From: Bacteroidales bacterium
GTDB lineage: Bacteria > Bacteroidota > Bacteroidia > Bacteroidales > UBA932
NCBI GenBank assembly: GCA_012515395.1
Contig: JAAYYL010000176.1
Location: 3,914-67,913 of the forward strand
Direction: 5' to 3'
Length of the DNA stretch: 64,000 bases
The position numbers were made by a program, and so were the translations under genes. Below are positions 8,720-18,231 of this stretch, in pieces. Numbering within the stretch: the stretch's first letter is position 1; each line of letters begins with the position of its first letter. The notes beneath the pieces are model-generated. The model was not told the origin of the DNA and did no database searches. It saw only the letters and a list, made by a program, of their open reading frames with translations.

Positions 8720-9650
8720 AGGGAGGAATGGATTGTATGAAATCCCGTTCCAGGAGAACGGATCCCACAAAGTTATAAGACTGCGGGGTAAGTTTTGTTT
8801 CAATTTCTCCGGAACGCGGGTGAATCAACAGTTCCCTGAAACAGTTGAGCATCCATCTCTGGTGCGCGCGGCTGAAAGGGACCCCTGCTTGGGCACAAGC
8901 TTTTTCCAGAATGTTGAGGGTTCCTTCCACGTCCTGAAAAGCATCCATCCAGCCCCTGAGGGAAGCTTCCATGAATTTTTCGCACACGCGGGGCCGGTTC
9001 CAGGCCAGTTTTTCATGGACATAAATGCCGTCCTCAGGGAAATTCATGCCGTATTCGCTCATACGAAAGACATTCAGATCCTCTTCCCGCAAACCGGCGC
9101 TCAGCATTTCATGGTATTCGTTGTACCACATGGCAGTACAAACGTCCAGGCCTCCTTTTAAAAACAGGTTGATGGAATTATTGATGGTAATGACCTGCAT
9201 TTCTATGTTGTTACGCTTGAGCAGGCTTAACGGTTGCAATTCAAAATCTCCGCTCCAGATGCCGATTTTCTTCCCCTGGAAGTCTTCCAGGCGGTCAACG
9301 CCTTTGCCTTTGTGACTGACCAGAAGCAGTGCCGAGTTTTGGTTTGTCTGTGCCAGGAGCTGTATGGGCACTTTTTCGGCTCTTAGCTGTACGGCAGTGG
9401 AGAGCCACAAAATGGCAAAATCAAAATCGCCTGTTTTCAGAATGCGTGTAGATGGGATGCTTACCGTCCCGTGAATAATATCTATATCCAGATCTTCTTC
9501 CTGGTAGTACCCCTTTTCAAGGGCGTAGTAATAGCCGGCAAACTGAGCTTGCGGGTACCAGTGAAGCAGCAGGCGGTATGTTTTGTTCTGGGAATTAACA
9601 GGCAGGGCTGTTGTCAGTAACAATAATAATAGCGGCAATATTCGTTTCAT
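8694..9650 (-). CDS. NMT1/THI5-like periplasmic substrate-binding protein
   Basis: Signal peptide, HWYPQAQFAGYYYALEKGYY, DFQGKKIGIW, AMWYNE, FPEDGIY, ASLRGW. Confidence 0.85.
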   Translation of the reverse strand: MKRILPLLLLLLTTALPVNSQNKTYRLLLHWYPQAQFAGYYYALEKGYYQEEDLDIDIIHGTVSIPSTRILKTGDFDFAILWLSTAVQLRAEKVPIQLLAQTNQNSALLLVSHKGKGVDRLEDFQGKKIGIWSGDFELQPLSLLKRNNIEMQVITINNSINLFLKGGLDVCTAMWYNEYHEMLSAGLREEDLNVFRMSEYGMNFPEDGIYVHEKLAWNRPRVCEKFMEASLRGWMDAFQDVEGTLNILEKACAQAGVPFSRAHQRWMLNCFRELLIHPRSGEIETKLTPQSYNFVGSVLLERDFIQSIPPYEKFIVPL

Positions 9651-9676
9651 GAGCCCAAAAAGCTTGATTGTCCTGA

Positions 9677-9714
9677 CAAATGTAAGAAATAATGACAGAA
9701 AGGAATTATCTTTA
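9677..9714. promoter_or_regulatory. Back-to-back -7 elements (signalling operon / dipeptidase)
   Basis: TACATTTG on minus at 9684-9677; variant TATCTTTA on plus at 9707-9714. Confidence 0.55.
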
Positions 9715-9718
9715 CTTC

Positions 9719-10777
9719 ATGAAACTGTTATTTTTACTCTGCATGGCACTTCAGAGCTTTGTCCCTGACAGCCTGGACGAGCGTGTGGAAAGATTGCACG
9801 ACTCAATCATTTCAATAGACACTCACAACGATTTTGCGATGTCCCTGGCGTTTCCCGACCGCAGGTCTACAGTGGCCAAAGGACAGGTTTCTTTTGAACT
9901 GATGAAAGAAGGACGGCTTGACGGCGCTTTTTTTGCTGCCTACCAGGGTCAGGGACCCTGTACTGACGCGGGCCGTGATAATGCAAAATACCTCGCAGAC
10001 AGCATGTTGCGCGCTTTGCACAGGTATGCCCGGGAAAACCGGAACCTGGGAGAGATAGCGTATTGCCCGGAAGATATCAGGAAATTGAAAAAGCAGGGAA
10101 AGGCAGCCATGTTGCTTTCCATAGAAAATGCATATTGCCTTGGAGAAGACATTTCTCTCGTGGAACATTACTACGATATGGGTGTCAGAATGATAGGACT
10201 TACACACAACGGGAACAACGACATTGCCGATTCCTGTATTGACAGTCTGGAACGTCACGGAGGACTTTCGCCTTTCGGCTTCAGGGTAATTCAGGAAATG
10301 AACCGGCTGGGGATTATTGTAGATGTTTCACATGCCTCCCGTAAAACGTGCCTTCAAGCCGTAGAAGCAAGCAGTGCTCCCATAATGGCCAGTCATTCCT
10401 GTGTATATAACCTGAAGGCAATTCCCAGGAATTTGACAGATCAGGAAATCCTGGCCATCGCCGCCGGGGGCGGGCTTATCCAGATATCCATTGGCCGGTA
10501 TTTTCTTTCTATCCTTCCCAAAGAAAAGGTGGGAATTTCTCATTTAATGGAACATATAAACTATGTAGTAAACCTGGTGGGAGTGGATCACGTAGGCATA
10601 GGAAGTGATTTTGACGGCGGCGGCGGGATTGTAGGGGTTGAAAATATGGGAAAAATGAAAGCCATTACCCGTGCGCTCCTGGAAGAAGGATACAGCTCTG
10701 AAGATATTGCAAAGATCTGGGGAGGCAATATCCTGCGTGTGATGGAAGCGGTACGCGCAAATGCCCGCAGTTTCTAA
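9719..10777 (+). CDS. Membrane dipeptidase (peptidase M19), exported
   Basis: IDTHND, SIENAY, LTHNGNN, DVSHAS, ASHS, HVGIGSDFDGGG, GGNILRV. Confidence 0.92.
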   Translation: MKLLFLLCMALQSFVPDSLDERVERLHDSIISIDTHNDFAMSLAFPDRRSTVAKGQVSFELMKEGRLDGAFFAAYQGQGPCTDAGRDNAKYLADSMLRALHRYARENRNLGEIAYCPEDIRKLKKQGKAAMLLSIENAYCLGEDISLVEHYYDMGVRMIGLTHNGNNDIADSCIDSLERHGGLSPFGFRVIQEMNRLGIIVDVSHASRKTCLQAVEASSAPIMASHSCVYNLKAIPRNLTDQEILAIAAGGGLIQISIGRYFLSILPKEKVGISHLMEHINYVVNLVGVDHVGIGSDFDGGGGIVGVENMGKMKAITRALLEEGYSSEDIAKIWGGNILRVMEAVRANARSF

Positions 10778-10806
10778 CATTTTTCGCTTTGTTTTGTTCA
10801 TAAATT

Positions 10807-10965
10807 TTTGTAAATCAGAAATTAAGTTCTATCTTTGCAACCCGCAATTTTAGGGCAGTTTGTTCCTAATAATTTGCCGGACAATGGGTTACGTTATCGA
10901 CTCACACAAATTTGCATCGAAGCAACAATACATATTACGTTACGTTAAACGTTTAGAAGAAAACA
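10807..10965 (+). promoter_or_regulatory. Promoter and long 5' leader of the rplP-rplQ operon
   Basis: TTTG at 10807-10810 and TATCTTTG at 10830-10837, then 128 nt before the rplP ATG with self-complementary segments. Confidence 0.7.
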
Positions 10966-11391
10966 ATGTTACAACCTAAAAAAACCAAATTCAGAAGGCA
11001 ACAGAAAGGCCGTATGAAGGGGATCGCCCAGAGAGGAAACCAACTTGCTTTTGGGTCGTTCGGGATCAAAACCACTGAATCATGCTGGTTGACCGGTCAT
11101 CAGATTGAGGCCGCCCGTCAGGCAGTTACACGTTACATGAAACGTGAAGGACAAATATGGATCCGTGTATTTCCCGACAAACCTTTTACCAAGAAGCCTG
11201 CCGAGGTTCGTATGGGTAAAGGGAAAGGTGCTCCGGAAGGTTTTGTCTGCCCCGTTACTCCAGGCAGACTCCTGATTGAAGTAGAAGGTGTACCCATGGA
11301 AGTCGCCAAGGAAGCCCTCCGTTTAGGCGCCCAGAAATTGCCTGTTATCACAAAATTTGTGGTACGCAGGGATTATGTAGAACAAAATTAG
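10966..11391 (+). CDS. rplP: 50S ribosomal protein L16
   Basis: [23 protein letters not shown]. Confidence 0.98.
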   Translation: MLQPKKTKFRRQQKGRMKGIAQRGNQLAFGSFGIKTTESCWLTGHQIEAARQAVTRYMKREGQIWIRVFPDKPFTKKPAEVRMGKGKGAPEGFVCPVTPGRLLIEVEGVPMEVAKEALRLGAQKLPVITKFVVRRDYVEQN

Positions 11392-11401
11392 TTTAACAAA
11401 A

Positions 11402-11605
11402 ATGAAAGCACCTGAAATACGCGAGTTATCTGTGAAAGATTTAAGCGATCGTATTGAGGCGGAAAAAGCCAACTTGCTTCGTCTTAAAATGAACCACGCC
11501 ATCTCTCCTGTAGATGATTTGTCACAAATAAAGAAAGCACGCCGCAATATAGCACGGATGCTTACTATTTTGAGTGAAACAAAAGCCAAACAGAATCTAG
11601 AATAA
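11402..11605 (+). CDS. rpmC: 50S ribosomal protein L29
   Basis: EIRELS...IKKARRNIARMLT; position in cluster. Confidence 0.95.
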   Translation: MKAPEIRELSVKDLSDRIEAEKANLLRLKMNHAISPVDDLSQIKKARRNIARMLTILSETKAKQNLE

Positions 11606-11612
11606 TTGATTC

Positions 11613-11867
11613 ATGGAAAGAAATCTTAGAAAAGAAAGAACAGGACTGGTGGTCAGCAATAAAATGGATAAATCCATTGTGGTTGCCGTTAAAAGAAAGG
11701 TAAAACACCCTGTTTACGGAAAATTCGTAAATAAAACCACCAAGTTTGTGGCTCATGATGAAAAGAATGAGTGCAGCGAGGGTGATACCGTACGCATTAT
11801 GGAAACCCGGCCTTTGAGTAAAAACAAATGCTGGCGTTTAATAGAAATCGTTGAAAAAGTGAAATAG
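11613..11867 (+). CDS. rpsQ: 30S ribosomal protein S17
   Basis: [24 protein letters not shown]. Confidence 0.98.
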   Translation: MERNLRKERTGLVVSNKMDKSIVVAVKRKVKHPVYGKFVNKTTKFVAHDEKNECSEGDTVRIMETRPLSKNKCWRLIEIVEKVK

Positions 11868-11869
11868 CC

Positions 11870-12238
11870 ATGATACAGCAAGAATCACGTTTACTGGTGG
11901 CTGACAACAGCGGTGCAAAAGTAGTTCTTTGTATCCGCGTTTTGGGTGGAACAAAACGCAGATATGCGCGTATCGGCGACACCATAGTAGTTTCAGTCAA
12001 GAGTGCCATTCCGGGCGGCGGCGATGCCAAAAAAGGCTCCGTCTCCAAGGCCGTTGTGGTAAGGACCAAGAAAGAAATTCGTCGTAATGACGGATCGTAT
12101 ATCCGTTTTGACGACAATGCCTGTGTTTTACTTAATAACACCGGGGAGTTACGCGGAACGCGTATTTTCGGCCCGGTAGCCCGTGAGCTCAGGGAACGTT
12201 ACATGAAAATTGTCTCACTGGCTCCGGAGGTATTATAG
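11870..12238 (+). CDS. rplN: 50S ribosomal protein L14
   Basis: [26 protein letters not shown]. Confidence 0.98.
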   Translation: MIQQESRLLVADNSGAKVVLCIRVLGGTKRRYARIGDTIVVSVKSAIPGGGDAKKGSVSKAVVVRTKKEIRRNDGSYIRFDDNACVLLNNTGELRGTRIFGPVARELRERYMKIVSLAPEVL

Positions 12239-12248
12239 GATTATAGTT

Positions 12249-12572
12249 ATGAGTACAAAATTGCACATAAAGAAAGGCGACACGGTATTTGTGAATACCG
12301 GAGAAGACAAGGGAAAAACCGGCAGGGTGCTTGAAGTCCTTCCCAAAGATCAACGCGCAATCGTTGAAGGGATCAACATGGTCAGCAAGCATACCAAACC
12401 TTCTGCCAAAAACCCGCAGGGAGGCATCATAAAACAGGAAGCCGCCATACATATATCCAATCTTCAGGTGGTGGATCCTTCCAAAGGAGGACCTACTCGT
12501 ATAGGACGCCGTCTGAACGACAAGGGGAAATTGGTACGTTATGCTAAAAAATCGGGAGAGGAGATCAAGTAA
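12249..12572 (+). CDS. rplX: 50S ribosomal protein L24
   Basis: HIKKGDTV...[16 protein letters not shown]; start MSTKLH. Confidence 0.97.
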   Translation: MSTKLHIKKGDTVFVNTGEDKGKTGRVLEVLPKDQRAIVEGINMVSKHTKPSAKNPQGGIIKQEAAIHISNLQVVDPSKGGPTRIGRRLNDKGKLVRYAKKSGEEIK

Positions 12573-13177
12573 TGGCAAAAGCAGTAAAAAAACAACAACC
12601 GGCACCTGTGGTAGTAAAAGACTATGTGCCCGCCCTGCAGAAGAAATATAAGGAAGAGATTGTGCCCAAACTGATGAAGGAATTCGGGTACAAATCCATT
12701 ATGCAGGTACCCCGACTGGAAAAGATCGTTTTGAATGAAGGCGTTGGCTCTGCCACTGCCGATAAAAAACTGATTGAAACAGCACAGAACGAATTGACGC
12801 TCATAGCCGGGCAGAAAGCAGTACAAACCGTATCGCGCAAAGACATCTCCAACTTCAAATTGCGTAGGGGAATGCCCATTGGCGTTAAGGTTACCCTGCG
12901 GTCTGCTAAAATGTATGAGTTCCTGGACCGCCTGATCTCAATAGCCCTTCCCCGTATCAGGGACTTTAAAGGGATTGCCGAGAAATTCGACGGACGCGGA
13001 AATTATACTCTGGGCATCAGAGAACAAATCATTTTCCCTGAAATTGACATTGACAAGATCACCAAGATCCTTGGCATTGAGATTACCTTTGTCACATCCA
13101 GCGAGAAAGACGAAGAAGCTTACGCCTTGCTGCGTGAATTCGGATTACCTTTTAAAAACATTAAAAAACAACAATAA
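12572..13177 (+). CDS. rplE: 50S ribosomal protein L5
   Basis: [36 protein letters not shown]. Confidence 0.98.
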   Translation: MAKAVKKQQPAPVVVKDYVPALQKKYKEEIVPKLMKEFGYKSIMQVPRLEKIVLNEGVGSATADKKLIETAQNELTLIAGQKAVQTVSRKDISNFKLRRGMPIGVKVTLRSAKMYEFLDRLISIALPRIRDFKGIAEKFDGRGNYTLGIREQIIFPEIDIDKITKILGIEITFVTSSEKDEEAYALLREFGLPFKNIKKQQ

Positions 13178-13447
13178 ATGGCAAAAGAGTCAATGAAAGC
13201 GCGCGAGGTCAAACGTGCCAGATTATGCGCCAGGTATGCAGAAAAAAGGAAAGCTTTGAAAGAGGCGGGAGATTGGGAAGGATTGGCAAAGCTGCCCAAG
13301 AACTCAAGCCCCGTCAGATTGCACAATCGCTGTTCCATTACGGGCAGGCCCAAAGGGTACATGCGTGAGTTCGGGATTTCCCGCATACAGTTCCGCGAAA
13401 TGGCGAGTAACGGTTTGATCCCCGGCGTACGCAAAGCAAGCTGGTAG
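13178..13447 (+). CDS. rpsN: 30S ribosomal protein S14 (89 aa, zinc-free type)
   Basis: [31 protein letters not shown]. Confidence 0.97.
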   Translation: MAKESMKAREVKRARLCARYAEKRKALKEAGDWEGLAKLPKNSSPVRLHNRCSITGRPKGYMREFGISRIQFREMASNGLIPGVRKASW

Positions 13448-13536
13448 ACAAAGCCCCGTGTGGGCAACCATACATACTTTATTTATTGGATATCGGGCAA
13501 TTTATTGCCGAAAACAAATTTAAAAACACCTTTATT

Positions 13537-13932
13537 ATGACTGATCCAATAGCAGATTATCTGACAAGGATTCGCAATGCGGTGACCGCAGGACACAAGG
13601 TCGTGGAAATACCCGCATCAAAGGTAAAAACGGAACTCACCCGTATTTTACACGAAAAGGGTTACATACTCAGTTATAAAATTGAGGAAGGAACACCCTC
13701 CAACACCATCAAGATCGCATTAAAATACCATCCCGAGACAAAACGCCCGGCCATTAAAAAGCTTATCCGCGTTTCCAGTCCAGGTTTGCGCCGTTATGCA
13801 AGTGTGGACAAAATGCCCCGCGTACTGAACGGACTGGGTATTGCGATCGTATCTACATCCAAAGGAATTATCACCGACAAAGAAGCAAAAACGCTCAATG
13901 TTGGCGGTGAGATCATGTGTTACGTATATTAA
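13537..13932 (+). CDS. rpsH: 30S ribosomal protein S8
   Basis: MTDPIADYLTRIRNA, SSPGLRRY, GGEIMCYVY. Confidence 0.98.
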   Translation: MTDPIADYLTRIRNAVTAGHKVVEIPASKVKTELTRILHEKGYILSYKIEEGTPSNTIKIALKYHPETKRPAIKKLIRVSSPGLRRYASVDKMPRVLNGLGIAIVSTSKGIITDKEAKTLNVGGEIMCYVY

Positions 13933-13945
13933 TGAAAAGAACAAT

Positions 13946-14506
13946 ATGTCACGAATAGGAAAACTCCCTGTAAACCTGCCAAAAGGTGTGAGCGTAACAA
14001 TGGGCTCGGGCAATTTGGTGACGGTGAAAGGCCCTCTCGGAGAATTACAACAAAAAGTAGATCCGGACATCAAGGTGTCGGTGGAGGGAACAGAGCTTAA
14101 GCTGGAACGTCCTACAGATCAGCCTCGCCACAGGTCAATGCATGGTTTGTACCGTGCCCTGATCCATAATATGGTGGTTGGCGTTTCTACGGGTTTTACC
14201 ACTAAGCAGGAATTGGTCGGCGTGGGTTACCGCGTTGAGGCAAAAGGACAAATGCTGGAATTCAACCTGGGTTATTCTCATGATATCCATTTCATGTTAC
14301 CCAAAGAGATCAAGGCATCGGTGGAAATTGCCCGGAAAGGCGCGAATCCGGTCCTGACACTTACGAGTCATGACAAGCAATTGCTGGGAACGGTGGCTGC
14401 CAAGATTCGGTCACTGCGCGTTCCCGAACCTTACAAAGGCAAGGGTATTAAATTTGTAGGTGAACAAATACGCCGTAAAGCCGGGAAATCGGCCGGAGCT
14501 AAATAG
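13946..14506 (+). CDS. rplF: 50S ribosomal protein L6
   Basis: [17 protein letters not shown]. Confidence 0.98.
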   Translation: MSRIGKLPVNLPKGVSVTMGSGNLVTVKGPLGELQQKVDPDIKVSVEGTELKLERPTDQPRHRSMHGLYRALIHNMVVGVSTGFTTKQELVGVGYRVEAKGQMLEFNLGYSHDIHFMLPKEIKASVEIARKGANPVLTLTSHDKQLLGTVAAKIRSLRVPEPYKGKGIKFVGEQIRRKAGKSAGAK

Positions 14507-14520
14507 TAGGAGGTGAAATT

Positions 14521-14883
14521 ATGGCTTTAACAAAACAAGCAAGAAGACAACGGATCAAATACCGCATTCGCAAGCGGATATCCGGAACTCCCGAACGTCC
14601 CAGATTGGCCGTATACAGGAGTAATAAACAGATATATGTACAGATGATAGACGATACCAAAGGGGTGACCCTGGTGCAGGCTTCTTCCAAAGATACTTCT
14701 CTGGCAGAAGCACTGAAAGGGAAAACCCCCGTCCAGATATCCGCACTTGTAGGCAAACTGGCTGCAGAAAGGGCACTGGAAAAAGGCATTACTACAGTAT
14801 CATTTGACCGTGGAGGATATCTCTATCACGGAAGGATAAAAAGTTTAGCAGACGCCGCCAGAGAAGGTGGTCTTAAATTCTAA
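14521..14883 (+). CDS. rplR: 50S ribosomal protein L18
   Basis: [22 protein letters not shown]. Confidence 0.98.
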   Translation: MALTKQARRQRIKYRIRKRISGTPERPRLAVYRSNKQIYVQMIDDTKGVTLVQASSKDTSLAEALKGKTPVQISALVGKLAAERALEKGITTVSFDRGGYLYHGRIKSLADAAREGGLKF

Positions 14884-14890
14884 TACGGAT

Positions 14891-15409
14891 ATGGCAAGTA
14901 TAAAAGCAAAAAAAGTAAAAGCCACGGACCTTGAATTAAAAGACCGTCTGGTGGCCATTCAACGAGTTACCAAAGTTACGAAAGGAGGGCGTCACTTCAG
15001 TTTCGCTGCCATAGTAGTTGTCGGTGATGAAAAAGGAGTTGTCGGTTACGGACTCGGTAAAGCGGGAGAGGTAACCTCGGCCATATCAAAAGGAATTGAG
15101 GATGCAAAAAAGAATTTGTATCGTATTCCGCTCAACAGGGAAACGATTCCTCACGAGATGGAGGCCAAATTCGGAGGAGCCCGCGTATTTATGAAACCTG
15201 CAGCACCCGGATCGGGTGTGATAGCCGGAGGTGCTATGCGCGCTGTATTTGAATCGGTAGGTATACATGACGTGCTGGCCAAGTCAAAAGGGTGTTCCAA
15301 CCCCCACAACCTGGTTAAGGCTACTGTGCATGCTCTTATGGAAATGCGCGATGCATATCAGGTGGCCGGAGTTCGCGGTGTCAAGATGGATAAGGTTTTT
15401 AACGGATAA
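14891..15409 (+). CDS. rpsE: 30S ribosomal protein S5
   Basis: [19 protein letters not shown]. Confidence 0.98.
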   Translation: MASIKAKKVKATDLELKDRLVAIQRVTKVTKGGRHFSFAAIVVVGDEKGVVGYGLGKAGEVTSAISKGIEDAKKNLYRIPLNRETIPHEMEAKFGGARVFMKPAAPGSGVIAGGAMRAVFESVGIHDVLAKSKGCSNPHNLVKATVHALMEMRDAYQVAGVRGVKMDKVFNG

Positions 15410-15421
15410 GGAGGAAGGATT

Positions 15422-15604
15422 ATGGAAATTTGGAAAATCACACAGGTTAAAAGTAAGAATTCCGCCACAAAACGCCAGATAGACACATTAGCTGCCCTGG
15501 GGATCCGCAAGATGAACCATTCGGTAGAAAAGGAAGCGACCCCGGTGATCAGGGGGATGGTGGAGAAAGTACGTCATTTGGTCTCAGTTGAAGAAGTAAA
15601 GTAA
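15422..15604 (+). CDS. rpmD: 50S ribosomal protein L30
   Basis: KITQVKS...TLAALG...[10 protein letters not shown]. Confidence 0.95.
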   Translation: MEIWKITQVKSKNSATKRQIDTLAALGIRKMNHSVEKEATPVIRGMVEKVRHLVSVEEVK

Positions 15605-15617
15605 AGGAGGAAACAAT

Positions 15618-16067
15618 ATGAATTTATCAAATTTAAAACCCGCAGAAGGGTCGGTTTCCAAGAGAAAACGTATTGGTCGCGGCGAAGGATCCGGAAAAGG
15701 AGGTACTTCTACACGCGGACACAAAGGAGCCCAATCGCGTTCGGGTTATTCCCGTAAACCGGGATTTGAAGGAGGCCAGATGCCTTTGCAACGGCGCCTT
15801 CCCAAATTCGGATTCAGGAATATGAACCGGGTAGAGTATAAGGCCATCAACCTTTCCACTTTACAGGCGTTGCATGAAAAAACGGGTCTTACCGATATAG
15901 ACTTCAACGCATTACGCGATGCAGGTCTGGTATCCGGGAACGACCTGGTTAAAATATTGGGTAACGGTGAACTCAACGTTACATTGAACGTTACAGCTCA
16001 CGGTTTTTCCCAAAAGGCAAAAGAAGCTATTGAGGCAAAAGAAGGGAAAGCTGTTGTCATTGAATAA
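15618..16067 (+). CDS. rplO: 50S ribosomal protein L15
   Basis: [24 protein letters not shown]. Confidence 0.98.
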   Translation: MNLSNLKPAEGSVSKRKRIGRGEGSGKGGTSTRGHKGAQSRSGYSRKPGFEGGQMPLQRRLPKFGFRNMNRVEYKAINLSTLQALHEKTGLTDIDFNALRDAGLVSGNDLVKILGNGELNVTLNVTAHGFSQKAKEAIEAKEGKAVVIE

Positions 16068-16086
16068 CCCAGAATACGCCTGACCA

Positions 16087-17406
16087 ATGAAAAAACTGAT
16101 AGAAACCATAAAAAACATTTTCAAGATTGAAGAACTGCGCAAGCGGATCGTATACACGATGTTGCTTCTGCTGATCTACAGGCTGGGCAGCTTCGTGGTT
16201 TTGCCCGGAATAGATCCCATGCAGTTGAGCAATCTGCAGGCACAGGCTTCAGGAGGTCTGGTAGGATTGTTGAACATGTTTTCGGGCGGAGCGTTCGGGA
16301 ATGCCTCTATTTTTGCTTTGGGGGTTATGCCTTACATCTCGGCCTCAATCGTGATACAGCTTTTGGGTATTATGATACCCTATTTCCAGAGGATGCAGCG
16401 GGAAGGAGAAAGCGGCCGCCGGAAAATGAACCAGTGGACACGCTATTTGACCATCCTGATCCTTGCACTGCAGGGGCCTGCCTATTTAACGAATTTGCAT
16501 GCGCAGCTTCCGGAAACGGCATTTTTGCTAAGCGGTTTTTCGTTCAACCTTTTTGCCACCGTAGTCCTTATTGGCGGAACCATGTTCATCATGTGGCTGG
16601 GTGAAAGGATAACGGATCGCGGATTGGGAAATGGTATTTCCCTGATCATTATGGTGGGTATTGTTGCCCGCCTGCCTTTTGCTTTTGTTGCCGAGGCAGG
16701 GGACCGGTGGTCACAATCAACCGGGGGCATTTTGATGCTTGTGGTTGAACTGGTGGTGCTGTTCTTTATATTTGTGGCATCCATCGCCTTGGTGCAGGGT
16801 GTCCGCAAAATCCCCGTGCAATATGCAAAACGTATAGTGGGTAACAAGCAATACGGTGGTGTACGTCAGTACATTCCCCTGAAGATCAATGCTGCAGGAG
16901 TTATGCCCATCATTTTTGCACAAGCCCTTATGTTGTTTCCCATGATCTTTGCCAGTTTTGATGCCACCCGCGGTTTTGCCGCAGTTATGAGCAATATGCA
17001 GGGATTTTGGTATAACTTTGTATTTTTCATACTGGTGGTTGCCTTTACGTATTTTTATACTGCAGTAACGGTTAATCCAACCAATATGGCAGACGACATG
17101 AAGAAAAACGGAGGTTTTATTCCCGGTGTCAAACCCGGAAAGAAAACATCCGAATATATTGATACAATAATGTCCCGTATCACGCTTCCCGGTTCCATAT
17201 TTTTAGGCCTGGTGGCAATCATGCCCGTTTTCGCGCAGATGATAGGGGTCAATATGCAGTTTGCCCAGTTTTACGGAGGAACATCACTCCTGATCCTGGT
17301 TGGCGTTATCCTGGACACATTGCAACAGATAGAGAGTCATCTTTTAATGCGTCATTACGACGGATTGATGAAGACAGGAAGGCTGAAAGGCCGTTCCAAC
17401 ATGTAA
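16087..17406 (+). CDS. secY: Preprotein translocase subunit SecY
   Basis: SIFALGVMPYISASI, WLGERIT..GLGNGISL, FIPGVKPG, GGTSLLI. Confidence 0.98.
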   Translation: MKKLIETIKNIFKIEELRKRIVYTMLLLLIYRLGSFVVLPGIDPMQLSNLQAQASGGLVGLLNMFSGGAFGNASIFALGVMPYISASIVIQLLGIMIPYFQRMQREGESGRRKMNQWTRYLTILILALQGPAYLTNLHAQLPETAFLLSGFSFNLFATVVLIGGTMFIMWLGERITDRGLGNGISLIIMVGIVARLPFAFVAEAGDRWSQSTGGILMLVVELVVLFFIFVASIALVQGVRKIPVQYAKRIVGNKQYGGVRQYIPLKINAAGVMPIIFAQALMLFPMIFASFDATRGFAAVMSNMQGFWYNFVFFILVVAFTYFYTAVTVNPTNMADDMKKNGGFIPGVKPGKKTSEYIDTIMSRITLPGSIFLGLVAIMPVFAQMIGVNMQFAQFYGGTSLLILVGVILDTLQQIESHLLMRHYDGLMKTGRLKGRSNM

Positions 17407-17433
17407 GCGAATTTTTAAATTGTTCTTTGTTTA

Positions 17434-18204
17434 ATGATTATTACGAAAACCGAAGAAGAGATCGCGCTAATGCGCGAAAACGGGATATTGGTTTCCAAAA
17501 CACTTGCGGAAGTAGGAAAGCATGTCGCTCCCGGGGTGACCACCGGTCATCTCAATGCAATTGCTGAATCTTTCATTCGTGATCACGGAGCTGTTCCCGC
17601 TTTTCTCGGATACAACGGTTTTCCTTTTACCCTGTGTGTTTCCGTAAATTCGACAGTAGTCCACGGATTTCCCGGTGATTACCGCCTGAAGGAAGGAGAC
17701 ATAGTTTCTGTGGATTGCGGGACAAAGTATAAGGGGTTTTTTGGGGACTCGGCCTACACTTTTGGCGTAGGACAAGTTTCTCAAGCGGCTGAACTGCTTA
17801 TGCGCACTACCCGGGAATCACTTTTCAAGGGTATAGAGAAAGCCATCGCCGGTAATCGCATTGGCGATATCGGTGCTGCTGTTCAAACTCATGTTGAACA
17901 ACGCGGTTTTTCCGTGGTAAGGGAGATGGTAGGTCACGGCATAGGACGGAACCTTCACGAAAAGCCCGATGTGCCGAATTACGGCAGGCCCGGCCAGGGC
18001 AAACATCTGGAAGAAGGTATGGTGATTTGCATTGAACCTATGATCAACCAGGGAGGAAGAGGCGTATACCTGGAAAGAGACGGTTGGACGTTAAAAACAG
18101 CAGACAACAGGAATTCGGCCCATTACGAACTGACGGTTGTCATTCGTAAAAACAAAGCGGAACTCTTGTCAACCTTTGCCTTCATAGAAGGCGAAAAAAT
18201 ATAA
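17434..18204 (+). CDS. map: Methionine aminopeptidase type I
   Basis: CVSVN..VVHGFP, DIVSVDCG, GHGIG..LHE.P, IEPMIN, SAHYE. Confidence 0.97.
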   Translation: MIITKTEEEIALMRENGILVSKTLAEVGKHVAPGVTTGHLNAIAESFIRDHGAVPAFLGYNGFPFTLCVSVNSTVVHGFPGDYRLKEGDIVSVDCGTKYKGFFGDSAYTFGVGQVSQAAELLMRTTRESLFKGIEKAIAGNRIGDIGAAVQTHVEQRGFSVVREMVGHGIGRNLHEKPDVPNYGRPGQGKHLEEGMVICIEPMINQGGRGVYLERDGWTLKTADNRNSAHYELTVVIRKNKAELLSTFAFIEGEKI

Positions 18205-18231
18205 AGAATGAGATTATAAAGGATTAACAAA

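Noticed and set aside
9651..9718. TPP riboswitch upstream of the NMT1/THI5-like gene (or near thiN and the TonB receptor)
   Set aside because: The leader is only about 26 nt and lacks the CUGAGA core; thiN has no leader space
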